This document shows positions 1 through 11,529 of a stretch of DNA of 41,526 bases, piece by piece; the first letter of the stretch is position 1, and each line of letters begins with the position of its first letter. The notes under the pieces are model-generated. The model did no database searches and was not told where the DNA came from. It saw only the letters and a list, made by a program, of their open reading frames with translations. The DNA is from Chara braunii (Eukaryota; Plantae; Charophyceae), in contig BFEA01000044.1 in assembly GCA_003427395.1 (NCBI GenBank), positions 3,790,810-3,832,335 on the forward strand, read 5' to 3'. Made by a program: the position numbers and the translations under genes.

Positions 1-214
1 CCCCCCAGGCCCGAAGTCACCAAAAAAAAAAAAGACCCCGGATTTGGGGTCTACAGACCGAGCGCGGAACAACCCCGCGAAAAATAAATAAATAGATAAA
101 TAAAATTCTGGGCCCTTTTTTTTGACGACCGGGATACCCGGGCATGGGACTGGTCCGGTTGTAATGACCGGGTGATCGGCCGGTCCGGACCGGCCAGTCA
201 TGGGAATCTTCCTA
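1..214. mobile_element. Possible end of a DNA-transposon-derived element (hAT-like MITE fragment)
   Basis: GC-rich block with many GACCGG/CCGGTC subrepeats, an 18-bp palindrome GGCCGGTCCGGACCGGCC, ending in CCTA (TAGG on the minus strand). The other end is not visible. Confidence 0.3.
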
Positions 215-899
215 GTATGCAATTTCCAGTCTCGATACAGCAGTAATGGCCAGGTGTTCTATTCGGGTGACGATGGTAGCAGTTTTAGCCCTTAGGTGTT
301 TTAAATGACTTTCACAAATAGTATATAGCAGTAGCCCCTTGCTCTTCTCTGCCTCCTGATAGTCTCCACATGCAGTCGTTTGGAAGCTATGAACTGCCCA
401 CATCTGCCATCCCTTCTCCCCTGAAAAGGTAAGTGTATTTTCCCCTTGAGCCTCTGTCATGCGCAGAGCAGCTGGCTTTCCAAGGGAATCTTTTGCCACA
501 GGATGGTAGTGACCTACAAAAATTTATTGACGATGGTTTCTTATATGAGTCTCTGACCTGATAAAGGATTAGAAGAGCAGAGACACATTTACAGGAATGG
601 ATAAGGTACCAACTAAGCTCCAGCATTGACAGAGCGTGCAGGATATTCCGGGCGAAACAGAATTCTCTGAGCTTGGAGATATATTCAGAAATCAAAGCGA
701 CGGCTTCCTTACCCTACTTAAATCCATCGTCTCTGCCTTGAGCTGTTGGGAGGATGCCAGATTAAATGTATAGCATTCTTTGTTGTCTGCGCCTCTTTCA
801 AGAGAGGTGATTCTTGGCAAGGAAACTCTGTGAATGGCTTGAATTGCGGAGGACGATTTTTTCAAATTCTTGCACAGGTCTTCCAGGCATTCTTTCTTT

Positions 900-1985
900 C
901 GAACAGGGGGAGCTGCAAGGAAGAAGAATTTAAGAAAAAATGTTTCCCCCCCCCCCCACTTTTGCGCTCTGATAACTTTGTGACGATATATACTCCAGCG
1001 TTGCTAGCTCTCTGCTTTCGTAGATGATGCATCGAGCGTCGGGCCTGTACTAGAAGGCTCTCTCTTTGGTTATGGTAGAATATATTCTTTCTAATTCTCC
1101 TTTCTATCCTTCTTCTTTTTCTTCTTTTTGCTTTGCTTTACCCCATTGTTGGGGTATTTCGTTTTACGGACCTACTGTATGGTTCCGTTTTTTCAAGTAT
1201 GGTTATGGCAGAATTGTTGGTATATTTAGCACCTTTGTCTGCATCCTGGTTGGTTTTGTCTCGTTGTTCGGTCCACATGGCGGTGTTTTTATGTGGGTTG
1301 TTCAGTCCACGTGGCGGTGTTTTTATGTGGGTTGTTTGGTCCACGTGGCGGTGTTTTCATGTGGGACTTGTCATCTGTTTTTTTTCCCCTTTTGGCATCC
1401 TAGTTGGCTGGTTCCCGTTGTTCGCCTTAGCCACGGGAGGCGGTGCTTATAGGTGGGAATCGTCATCTGGGATTGTCTTTATATTTTTTTGCTGTTGGTG
1501 GTGTCCCAGTATTTCAGTCTGGATTAGCGAAGCATGCGTGGAAATAGGAATACCAACGTCTTGATGACGAACAAGGCCATCTGCTGTGTATAGATATGTA
1601 TCTGGGATTCCTTTTTTTGCAGACAAGAGTGTTTTGTCCTGGGTGGTCTTGTCCCGTCGTTTGGCCTGTGAAGGAGGGGCGGTGCTTGCATGTGGGACTT
1701 GTCATCTAGGATCTTTTTTTTGTGCTGTTGCTTATTGCCCCCTGTTTTGTTGTATTTCGCTGTTCCCTTTCTCTTTTCTTTGCCTCTTTGCCCTTTGGCT
1801 GTGTGCAAGTGGGTCGATATGACACACGGGGGTGGGGGCAGCCGGCTTAACCTACATCCACGTGGGTGGCCTTGTACGCAAGAGGTTCGGAACAGGGGTA
1901 GCTGCAAGCAAGAAGAATTTAAGAAAAAATGTTTTTTTCTTTTTTGCTTTTGCGCTCTTCTAACTTTGTGACGATATATATATAT
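900..1985. repeat. Degenerate direct repeats: ~90-bp block at 900-992 repeated at ~1889-1985, plus 3 copies of a ~34-bp unit at ~1270-1370
   Basis: AGCTGCAAG.AAGAAGAATTTAAGAAAAAATGTTT...TTTTGCGCTCT..TAACTTTGTGACGATATATA seen twice. GTCCAC.TGGCGGTGTTTT seen three times. Confidence 0.8.
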
Positions 1986-2605
1986 ATGCTGTGCCTCTAG
2001 TGCCAGTGGCGTGTCTGGAGTGTATTTTTTGGCTGTGACAGACCTTTCTTTGTTTCGTGGATGTTTTGCTGGCTTGTGATGGGGTGTGAACCGACAGTCT
2101 GTAGAGTTTTCCATCTGGTGTGGGTGNNNNNNNNNNNNNNNNNNNNNNNNNNNNNNNNNNNNNNNNNNNNNNNNNNNNNNNNNNNNNNNNNNNNNNNNNN
2201 NNNNNNNNNNNNNNNNNNNNNNNNNNNNNNNNNNNNNNNNNNNNNNNNNNNNNNNNNNNNNNNNNNNNNNNNNNNNNNNNNNNNNNNNNNNNNNNNNNNN
2301 NNNNNNNNNNNNNNNNNNNNNNNNNNNNNNNNNNNNNNNNNNNNNNNNNNNNNNNNNNNNNNNNNNAACAGGTCCGTATGGTCCTGGCTCGCAATCCATT
2401 CTGGGGAGCCAGTCCGGTTATTTTTGCCCCGGCCTATAAGTTAGCAACTGAGTACTGAAATTTAAAACTCAGTCGTCAGTTCCAAAAAAAAAAATGAAAA
2501 AAAAATCAGTCGTCAGAAACGTTGTGTACAGTCACAACAACTGTCGTTAGTCCCAAAAAAAAAAGAAAAAAAGAAATGTCGTCAGAAATGTGTTGTGTAT
2601 GGCAG

Positions 2606-2665
2606 TGGAGTGGTCACAACAACTGGTTCCTCTTGTGGAAACTGCAGCAGCATATCCTGCTGCAG
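2606..2665 (+). CDS. Probable exon of bestrophin-like gene (xEWSQQLVPLVETAAAYPAA)
   Basis: GCAG acceptor at 2602-2605, CAG|GTGCCA donor, 60 nt open, phase 1/1, joins in frame to the 3083 exon. The donor is weak and the peptide is not diagnostic. Confidence 0.45.
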
Positions 2666-3082
2666 GTGCCAAGTGGCATTATTTATTATTGGAAAACTGA
2701 TGAAAACGTGACTGGGTTGTGCCCTCTCACTTAGTAGTCAGAGGGCCCGTAGTACCTGCCTAACTCGAAAGAGACCTGGTAACAGGAAAGCACTGGCTAC
2801 TTCGCCAGTAGGGAAGGGGTCTAGGTATCTGCTTAGCCTAAGCAGGTTTTATTCTGAAGTCATTTAACCTGGCAGTTGTTTTTGCTAGCTGGAGTGATTC
2901 CCTGTTGTTTCTTTCTCTCAGGGGATTGTCATCTGCACACCCAGCCACCCTCCCACCCCGCTCCCGGCAGATTACAGATTCCCTATGAGCATCACCATTC
3001 TATGAACATCATTGTCTTCCATTTTGTTTGTTATTGAATGTCAGTCTGATGGGTTTCTTTTCCATCGAATGTTGTTTTGCAG

Positions 3083-3164
3083 GAAGTCTTGCGGACGTTC
3101 CAAAGAACCCTCCCCCTGCAGATCCAGGACATAACCTGGAATGGACGCGATCCCTTGGATTAAA
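3083..3164 (+). CDS. Exon of bestrophin-like gene (GSLADVPKNPPPADPGHNLEWTRSLGLK)
   Basis: TTGTTTTGCAG acceptor and AA|GTAAGT consensus donor. The phase-2 end matches the single leftover base at the start of the 6218 exon, giving AAA (Lys). Confidence 0.7.
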
Positions 3165-4803
3165 GTAAGTGTGCGAAGAAGAAGAAGAAGAAGAAGGACG
3201 GAAGGAGAGCCCATGCTTTTGTATGCTTGCTTTTTCACACCGGTGCAGGGAGTTTGGCCCCTCCTACTTTGTGAAAAACTTACGTAGACACTAGGACTTT
3301 TCTTTCTCGACTGCATCAGGCCATCATTGCTCTGAAAATACGTGCAAGTGTGAGTACATGCCCTTTTTGTGCTCCCCTCCCCTCAAAATTTTGGACACGA
3401 TTCGAGAACGAAAACCAAGCCAGGTCCACACTTTAGTCAATTGACTCAATTCTCTCATTACTAGCCAAGTTTTCACGACTTTGTGGTTCACTTCGGAGAT
3501 TGCTAAACGTGTCCCTTGAACACAACGGCCTCCACAGACACAAACACCATACGCTGGCCTGTGTTCCGTATCCGCGGGACAAATGTTTCCATATATTTTT
3601 AGACTTGCCTTGTGTGCTGGTCAAACACATACCATACTCTGCACTGTTTTAAAACTCTAGTGCGAAAAGTTAGAATCTGCTATGTGAGCCGTCCTTGAGT
3701 ACTCCGAGGCATTGCAGGGGTGAATGCATCGATCTTTCTGCTTTTCCGAGACATTGCCTCCGTTCAAGTATTCCCTTGCAATCCCATCAAGGTGACAAGG
3801 GGTACAAGAGAAAGAAAAAGACAGGTGATCGATGTCATGGTACTGGGCAAGTTTGAGTGAGAAAAGAGAAAGGAGGGAGTAGGGGCCCTGTTTGTTTCTT
3901 TTGCCCCTGTTCGTGAGTCCGCACAGAATTATCCGCAGGTGGTCTTGTGCAATTTGCTTCTCCAAGGAGAACGGGAACGGGGAAATGAATGTCTTCCATT
4001 CCCTGCCTTCAATGATTGGCAACATGCATCCCCTTGATCCCGAGAGGTAACTATGCTTGCAGGGCTCAATTGTATAGGCATAGGTGTAGTGATAGGTAGG
4101 TAGTGAAAGGTGCAATTGAGAGAAGAACATAGCGAAGTTTTATGAAAGAAAGAAAAAAAGGAAAACAAAATTGTCGCCCTCAACGCCAACTTTTTTTTTG
4201 GATCCATATCTGAAAGACCCTGTATAAACCCAGGCAATTCAAAACCGTAGCTCGAGCATACTGTGTTCCTGCATCTCTGAGAGGCACCACGGAAGACATT
4301 TTTGTTGACTGTGTAGTGGCATCCTGCGTCATCAAACTGATCTGAGAAAGGGGCACACAAAGCATTGGAAATTTCAACGTCCGAGTGCAGCAGTCAACGA
4401 ACGTATGCTCTCTCCTCTCATACAACTCTCGTTGCATTGACTAAATCAAAGTCACAGGAGCGCACTGCTACTCTGCTAGCAACCGTACACACTAAGTATG
4501 ATCAGGATTACCCAGTTTCCTAAACTTATTCCCCGCTGTTTGTGTTCAATCTGATATTACTCATTCATTGTGGATCAGTGTCCAACACCGATCAACGAGT
4601 GCAGAGGTCGATGTCTCAGCGGTGGCTGTACTCACCTGTCTTCCACCCCCCCCTCCCCCTTGAAACAGGGTGTTGTGATCCGGGCGCCCCCTTTCTATTC
4701 TGGAGAGCATCGAATACAGTCCCAGTTCGGGTTCCAGTTGCACTGGTAAGCCACATGTATATTGCAAACACACTCAGACGCTTCCTTCCGTTATGACGGA
4801 GGG

Positions 4804-5149
4804 GACCCCTGAGCTGTGTGGATTGCTCGTAAGTGGAGGATTAACTCTCAGGGGGCTGTTTTGACCCATCCTTTCAACCACTGCACTGGTGGGTTGTTCT
4901 CGACCCGCAGTGCAGTGCTCTCTTGACGTTGGGGTTGAGTTCCCCTGCTACATCTTCAACTTCCATGCCAGACCCCTGAGCCGCGTTAATTGCTCGTACG
5001 CGGAGGATTTAACTCTCAGGGGGCAGGCTGTGTTTTTATCATCCTCTCAACCTCTGCCCTGGTTGCTTTTTCTAGACCCTCAAACAGCGGCAGTGCTCTC
5101 TTGATGTTGGGGTTGAGTTCCCCTGCTACATCTTCAACTTTCCCGCCAG
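4804..5149. repeat. Tandem duplication of a ~170-bp unit with internal inverted repeats
   Basis: Units 4804-4970 and 4971-5149 both start GACCCCTGAG, contain CTCAGGGG and end GGGGTTGAGTTCCCCTGCTACATCTTCAACTT. Confidence 0.85.
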
Positions 5150-6217
5150 TTTATACTACTGTGTTAGGCTCTCTTTGAGCCACGCAGCAAGGGCCAGAGG
5201 CTACCCACCATCTCATCCAACTAAGAAAGTTGTGTCATGTATGTTTGTGATGTTGCCACCAAGCAGTCATGTCACGGATTTTCTCTTCTCTGAATCGAAC
5301 TGATCTGGTTCCTCCTTTGCCATCTGTTTCATCTTGCTCCAGTGGCAGCAGATTTCTATCTCCACCATTATGGTTAGCTTCTGGACCATCTGGGCTGCTT
5401 CCGTTTCGGCTCCAGCAGCTGTCGATAGTCTATGAACACATTTGGTTCCAAATGGTTCGTAGTTGAGCTCCTGGACCATGTGGAGCCACCTTTTACTCTT
5501 TCCTCCATATAGGTGGTCCTAGGGTATTTACTATTTAATGTATATTATTGTATAATAAGTTAATAACAGTATGGTTAGGGGCCTAAAATGGGTTGACTTG
5601 GTGACGGGGGGTTAAAAGGGATGGGAAGTGGGGAATAAGGACGACCAAATGGCTTTGATTCTACCCCAGAACCAGACCGATGTCAACACGTTACAAAATT
5701 TTGGGGACAGCTTCTTGTCCATTTTTGTTTCTTTGTGACTTGTTTACGATTCAATGGCCGATCGATGAATGAATGGCTTGCCGTGCAGCCTTTGCAGCAG
5801 GCAAGATGTCAGCACTGGCACACAATGTGTCCAGTTGAACCATACTTGCATGCAAATGTACATAAATGTTTTATTATGTTAATATTAAATATAATATATT
5901 GTGTATAATGTTGCTCAAGTCATAGGTTGTTCGACACGTACTCTCCGCTGAGAGGTTTTATATTCCTGTCCAATATCCTAGCTATTCTTTCCTCTTTTTT
6001 TTCTTTCATTTGGGAGCTCAGCAGGTTTGTTCACCCATCTCTCAAGTCTCTCCATGGATGGTAGTGATTTATTAGGGAAAGGTCTGTCTGTCTGCTTGTG
6101 GACGATGTCCCTCCGTGGAATGGGGGGGGCGACATGTTTGGCTGGAGACAGACAAACACGCACATGCTGGCTGGTTGAAGCGATGTGTAACTGATGAGAA
6201 TTCCCACGTCTGGCCAG

Positions 6218-6450
6218 ATCATTTTTTTCATTGCGCAACGCCCCACACCGGTATGAAAGATACTGGAAGTTTTTCCCCCTACCTGTCTTGGGTGGTGTCA
6301 GCACTGGAGAACAGCAATTGTTGGGAAATACCGATGATCGAGTGTACTGCGTGCTTTGCTGGATGCATCGATGTTTGGTCGCTCGCCGCATGGAAGGTGG
6401 TATCAGGGAAGATGCTCCTATCGTCTCGAGAATCTATCAGGTTATATCAG
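6218..6450 (+). CDS. Exon of bestrophin-like channel gene (SFFSLRNAPHRYERYWKFFPLPVLGGVS...GGIREDAPIVSRIYQVIS)
   Basis: CCAG acceptor at 6214-6217 with upstream CTGAT branch-like motif, and TCAG|GTACAA donor. LPVLGGVS..E...L....DRV...W and GGI...PIVSR.YQ.IS resemble algal bestrophin-like proteins. Joins in phase 1 to the next exon to read S-D-G-M-L-G-F. Confidence 0.85.
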
Positions 6451-6519
6451 GTACAAAACCTTTGGCAGGTCTCTTGTTATTGTTCCTTTCTTCAGCTGTG
6501 TGTCACACTCATGTCTGTC

Positions 6520-6522
<3 letters not shown>

Positions 6523-6568
<46 letters not shown>

Positions 6569-6672
6569 CATCATGTTCGCTATACAGCACTCCATTAAAA
6601 AAAGCATGCTGTGCTAGGCTGTTTTGTCCGACTTTCCCCCCTGACTAAGCAGGACGTTCTCTCTCTGTGTGN

Positions 6673-6727
<55 letters not shown>
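6523..6727. repeat. (GT)n and (GA)n microsatellites in the intron
   Basis: Directly visible. Confidence 0.95.
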
Positions 6728-6728
<1 letters not shown>

Positions 6729-7588
6729 AATTCATGGATATGAACCTGGGAAACTGAATTCTATTTGTAGTTGTTGGTGCTCTAATCCGGGTACTAAATT
6801 AACACTAATGCCCGGCATTTTTTGCCTGTAATTGTCTTTTGGACTTCATTCCAAAATGGGATATCTACTCTTGTTTTGTTTTTTGGCTATCATCTTCTTG
6901 CATCAGTGCCCTATGAAACCTAGTAAGTTAGTAACATATACTACACATCATAACTGCAACATGTATCAACATTCAGTCGTCTTGAACAATGGCGACCTTA
7001 TCCCTTCAATTCCTCACTCGATAAGATTTTAGATCATTTGAACTTTCCGTTTGCTTTTTTTTGACAGAAGAGCCTGTTATCTTAGCAATGGGTAGTAGTA
7101 GTAGTACCATCTGTATTTCAACAAGGTGATTGGTATCATGATTCATATTTGTACGCCTGCCAGCGGCTTGGATGAGTTTTTTATTATTTATAAAAGTTAT
7201 AAAGAGGATAGCTCTTTCATGGAGGAAAAGGTTGCCCTTCTAATGGCTTGGTACTCATTCTGTACGACGTACGTAGCAAAGCTGCACAGCTGCTGGCAGT
7301 CGAGCAATCAAAGTGATGCTCTGGTCATTCAACTTTTCCCGTTCCTGTTTTTTACTGAGATGAGCCTGTTTGTTTCTTTCCCCTCTCCTTTTCTCCCCCT
7401 TCCTCCGCCCCCACCCCCCACCCAAAATCACTCATGTACGCTGGCCAGCATTACAAATTGACAATCCTAGTAGAGTGTAAAGCAGAATTTGTTTGTGCAC
7501 GAATCTCCTTGTTGATTTCAAAGAGCTTCTGGTTTTTGGGTTCATTCATGTTGCACATAACGTTGATGATAAGAAAGTTAGAGAAACA

Positions 7589-7693
7589 GTGCTTTTGGGA
7601 CATCCATTAAAATTGGAACGATACAGAGAATGAAGATTAGCATTGGCCCCTGAGCAAGGATGACACACATAAATCGAGAACTGGTCGAAATTT
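7589..7693 (+). pseudogene. U6: Full-length U6 snRNA retrocopy with A-rich tail, inside a bestrophin intron
   Basis: GGGACATCC...AAAATTGGAACGATACAGAGAA[TGAA]GATTAGCATTGGCCCCTGAGCAAGGATGACACACATAAATCGAGAACTGGTCGAAATTT matches plant U6. Followed by an A-rich tract (7695-7710); no obvious USE/TATA upstream. Confidence 0.92.
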
Positions 7694-7830
7694 CAAAAAA
7701 AAAGAAAAAAGAAGAGGACTGATGCCCCCCAGAATAAATGGGGTTTTGTTTCACCCAAAAACCAAAAAGAGGAGTTTGAGGATGTCGTGTTAATGTGGTG
7801 AAGATGTGTTCTTGATATGTGGCTTAACAG

Positions 7831-8030
7831 ATGGAATGCTTGGCTTTGAAAACGCGTACAAGTTGGCAAATACACCATTCCCATTCCCTTACGCGCAGTG
7901 CGTGATCATTCTCATCTACTTCCATGCGATAATAGTGACACCTCTGGTCATGGTAGCTTGGCTTCAGACCCCCTGCCTTGTTGGGGTGATGTCGCTCCTT
8001 TCTGTTCTCGCATACTATATGTTGAATGAG
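7831..8030 (+). CDS. Exon of bestrophin-like channel gene (DGMLGFENAYKLANTPFPFPYAQ...AYYMLNE)
   Basis: TTAACAG acceptor and GAG|GTGAGT donor. TPFPFPYAQ motif followed by two hydrophobic helices ending in LNE, typical of bestrophin/UPF0187-type proteins. Confidence 0.9.
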
Positions 8031-8376
8031 GTGAGTGTGTCCAATTCTCCTCATGCACCTCTTGAAAAGTCTGCGAGTCGCGAGAGAATCTGTATTCTGG
8101 AAATTTGGAAACACAACAAAAAACAAAGCCATCAAGTACTAAACCCCAACCAAGGGGCCAGGATGCTGGGGAGGCGGGGGCAGGGAGGGCAGTTAAAAGT
8201 TTTCAGTTGAAATGAAGTTTGTCACTTTGTTATATTTGCGCGAGGAATGAGCTACTCAGCGATGTTGTAAAAGGCCCTCTCCGCCCCAAGTGAAGGCGGG
8301 CCTGCAAATTTTGGCCTTGGCCTGAGATCAGGCCTATGACAGCAGACATTGGGGCCCCTTGGGAAGTTGCTGCACG

Positions 8377-8432
8377 CAGCATCTTCAACCAACCGGTAGG
8401 GCCGAACCACCACCGGGAGGTTGAAGATGCTG
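8377..8432. other. Perfect 14-bp inverted repeat within a GC-rich island (8272-8640)
   Basis: CAGCATCTTCAACC (8377-8390) pairs with GGTTGAAGATGCTG (8419-8432), with an inner CCGGT/ACCGG stem. Confidence 0.85.
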
Positions 8433-9061
8433 AGGCCCAGGGCTTAGGCAGTTAGTCTCCGGGCAGGTTCTGGAAGGGCCCAGGGCGCCAGAGAGAGCCT
8501 GCGCTAGCGTAGCAGCGTGTGGGCGTGCGGCAGCCATAACCGGGCTGCGAGCTCAATCATAGCCGAGTGGGGATAGAACGGAGGTCCTTGGTGTGGGGAG
8601 GCACACCTGCCGATGCTGAAGCGGGCTGTTCACTCAGAGTCTTCGTGTGACATCGGGATGTTTATCTTCATTGTGGACGTGTTGCAACTGTAGGGAGTCT
8701 AGGTCTATAGGAGCACATCTGTCATGGGCGCTGTTAAGATTTGCATGTGTACACATTCACCTATGTAAGCCTATATTTGAAAGGGGAAAAACAAAAAAGA
8801 AAAGTCTCTGTTTATTAATGAACTCTGGAAAACTTGTCCAGAGTCCCTAACATCCAATATACCCAGTCAAACACTTCCCTTTGCTATGGTCAAGGGACCC
8901 AGAGACAGCATCTTTGACCACTTTCTTTTTCAGGAAAGGACTGCTCAACCCCTGTTTTTTTTTTTTAATCATTTCTAACCTAAAGGTGGGTCCTGAACTT
9001 TCCTATTCTGCTCAAAATCCTCCCCTGTAAGTCAATTGTCAAAATCAGTCCGAATAAACCC

Positions 9062-9155
9062 TTTCAGTTCTCTGCAGTCAATTGTCCAGAAGAAGCCAGG
9101 ACGTGCAATCTCTCTGACCGTGCTGCAGCTCTTGTCCATCTCTTCCCTGCTTTTT

Positions 9156-9190
<35 letters not shown>

Positions 9191-9405
9191 TGTGTGTGAC
9201 ACTGTGTGTGTGTGTGTAAAAACAAAACAAACTGTGTAATCCCTCTCAGACCGCCGCTTCGGCCTGTCGAGTGAGCTATTGCAGCTAGCAGCTTGTTTGC
9301 AGACTTCATGCTTTCAGTTCTCTGCAGTCAATTGTCCAGAAGAAGCCAGGACGTGCAATATCTCTGACCGTGCTGCAGCTCTTGTCTATCTCTTCCCTGT
9401 TGTTG

Positions 9406-9452
<47 letters not shown>

Positions 9453-9672
9453 NNNNNNNNNNNNNNNNNNNNNNNNNNNNNNNNNNNNNNNNNNNNNNNN
9501 NNNNNNNNNNNNNNNNNNNTACACATCTAGATGTGTATAAGAGACAGGTGTGTGTGTGTGTGTGTGAAAACAAAACAAACTGTGTAATCCCTCTCAGACC
9601 GCCACTTCGGCCTGTCGAGTGAACTATTGTAGCTAGCTAGAATTTCTCAGCTTGTTTGCAGACTTCATGCTT
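9062..9672. repeat. Near-identical duplication across a gap (likely assembly artefact)
   Basis: 9062-9311 is repeated at 9312-9672, with poly-T, an N gap and an adapter inside the second copy. Confidence 0.8.
9520..9547. other. Nextera mate-pair junction adapter remnant (technical contamination)
   Basis: TACACATCT+AGATGTGTATAAGAGACAG is the back-to-back Tn5 mosaic-end junction, directly adjacent to an N gap. Confidence 0.97.
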
Positions 9673-10800
9673 CGTGCTAAAATTGGATGCCGGTGGGATC
9701 ACCATTGTGGCTGTGAGTTGTCTGCTCCTGTCGTGGCTGCTCTTTCTGAGCTCCTCCTTTGGTCTCTGAGTCTGCTTCGTCCCTTGGTGCCTCCTCCTCT
9801 TGCTTTCTGGGCGGTTCCTTATTTCCTCCCTTTTCTCCTGCTTTTGTGTTTGGTGCTTTTGTTTCTCTCGCTTGAACCCCGCACATTCCTGCTGTCACTT
9901 CTGTCTTGCTTTTTTTGCCTGTAATCTTATCCCCCCTTGCAGACTCTATGCTTCTCGCTAAATTGGATGCTGACGTCAGGGTGTGGCTGTGAGTTGTCTG
10001 CTCCTGCCGTGGCTGCTCTTTCTGTGCTCCTCTGGTCTTGAGTCTACTCAGTCTCTTGCTGCCTCCTCTTGCTTTCTCTGGGCGGTCCCTTACTTTGCTT
10101 TCTCTTACCTTTACTCTTATGGCCCCCATCTTGTTTGGGATTAATACGCCATTAATCCATGAGTGTGGCTGTTCCACTGCTGGCCTGACCTGCTTGTGCT
10201 CTTTATTGTTCCCCATCCAGATAGCCGTCCTTGTCAGACTCTCGCTGCTCCATCTCTTTGTATCAGGATTTGAACTCAGGTCTGTAGTTCAACAGTTGTA
10301 CCAATTGAGCTAGACCTGCTGTTGACTCTCACTGCTCCAGTTGAGAGACTTTGGTGTTTTCCCCATTGTTATCGCTATCTTGCAGTCCTGCCACCATCCT
10401 TCCTTGAAAGTCTTCGGTCTGCTGGCTCGTTTTGGGGGATCTGTTTCCTTCTCCTTTTTCCATCGCGCTCTTAGCTCTGCCTCGGCGGTGTCCTTTGGCT
10501 GACCATTCACGTAGATGGGTTGGGTAAGTTGGGTTCCCGTGGCATCTTTTTGCATGGCCGCACTGTCTAATTTGCAGTTGCAATGTCAGAGTTTGTTTCC
10601 TGTCTGCCCCTATCAGCTCGTTTGCTGTGGGATTCGCTCATTGAATTGTTGCATGGTTGGCAGCTCCCTGATCTCTCTCATCGATGTGCTCGTTTTTGTT
10701 TTGTCTGAATCATTGATGACTGCGGGGACTCTGATCAAACGGCGAATGGAACTTGTAGGTTGCGCGTGAGATAGAGGAACCGTATCGGTACGATCCAAAC
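9670..10800 (-). mobile_element. Probable decayed LINE ORF1-like relic
   Basis: Chain of broken minus-strand frames (IRRLIRVPAVI..., a HCNC Cys/His remnant, K/E/R-rich AEAELRARWKKEKE, low-complexity tail) with an internal duplication. No RT motif, so the assignment is tentative. Confidence 0.35.
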
Positions 10801-11529
10801 AATTTACCTCTGTCGTTGTTTCACCACCGATTCAACGCACGCTTGGTAACAGCTCTTTGCAAGAGCTTGATTCCGGATAGCGGTATCATGCACCACCTTG
10901 ATCCTGTGGCCACAAAGATGCTGGTTGAAGCAAGTAGGCCGCAGATCGTAGAGTGGTGGCATCTGGAAGGGAACAGGGACGAGGAAGACCCTCTCTGCCA
11001 TGACAGCTGGACGGTGAAGACACGAATGGCGACCTCAACGACTCCGGAAACTAACTCTGCATGGGGACTCAGGCTCCCGCGAGAGAAAGAGGAAGAGGGC
11101 TGCAGTGAGGACGTGGAAGAAGACCAGGAGGATGCACAGGATAATCCAGTGAGGGATGCCAGGGAATCACTGCAAGAAGGGAGGTTTACGTCCATGCCCA
11201 TGGGAACAGGCGATGTTATTCTGGAAGTCTCTCCAGAAGATGTATGCAAGAGGAACTAGAACATGTGGTCGCAAATGTACTATCCTGGCTTTCTTTTTCC
11301 GGAAAGAGCTACAAAATTGACGGGTGTATGGAGGACGGGTGCAGGAATGAGATGAGGAAGGGGGAGAGAAGGTAGGGTTTTTGTCAAGAGAGTTGAGGCA
11401 GGGGTTGCTCATATGTTGTTGATTAGCAATTTAATTTAGGCACCTCCATTCTGCGGGGAGTGGGGAGAGATGACACGTGGAAGGGGGGCATGATTTCTGA
11501 AGCCATCATTCCAATATTCAAGACACATC

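Noticed and set aside
212-780. Possible decayed transposase on the minus strand
   Set aside because: Only vague similarity to hAT proteins; no motif I can defend.
7589-7693. Functional U6 gene
   Set aside because: Insertion in the catalytic core region, A-tail instead of a T-run terminator, no visible promoter. None of the three U6 copies looks functional.
10816-11259. 147-aa acidic ORF containing EEDPL
   Set aside because: No recognisable family and no bestrophin context or clear splice sites; possibly a TE relic.
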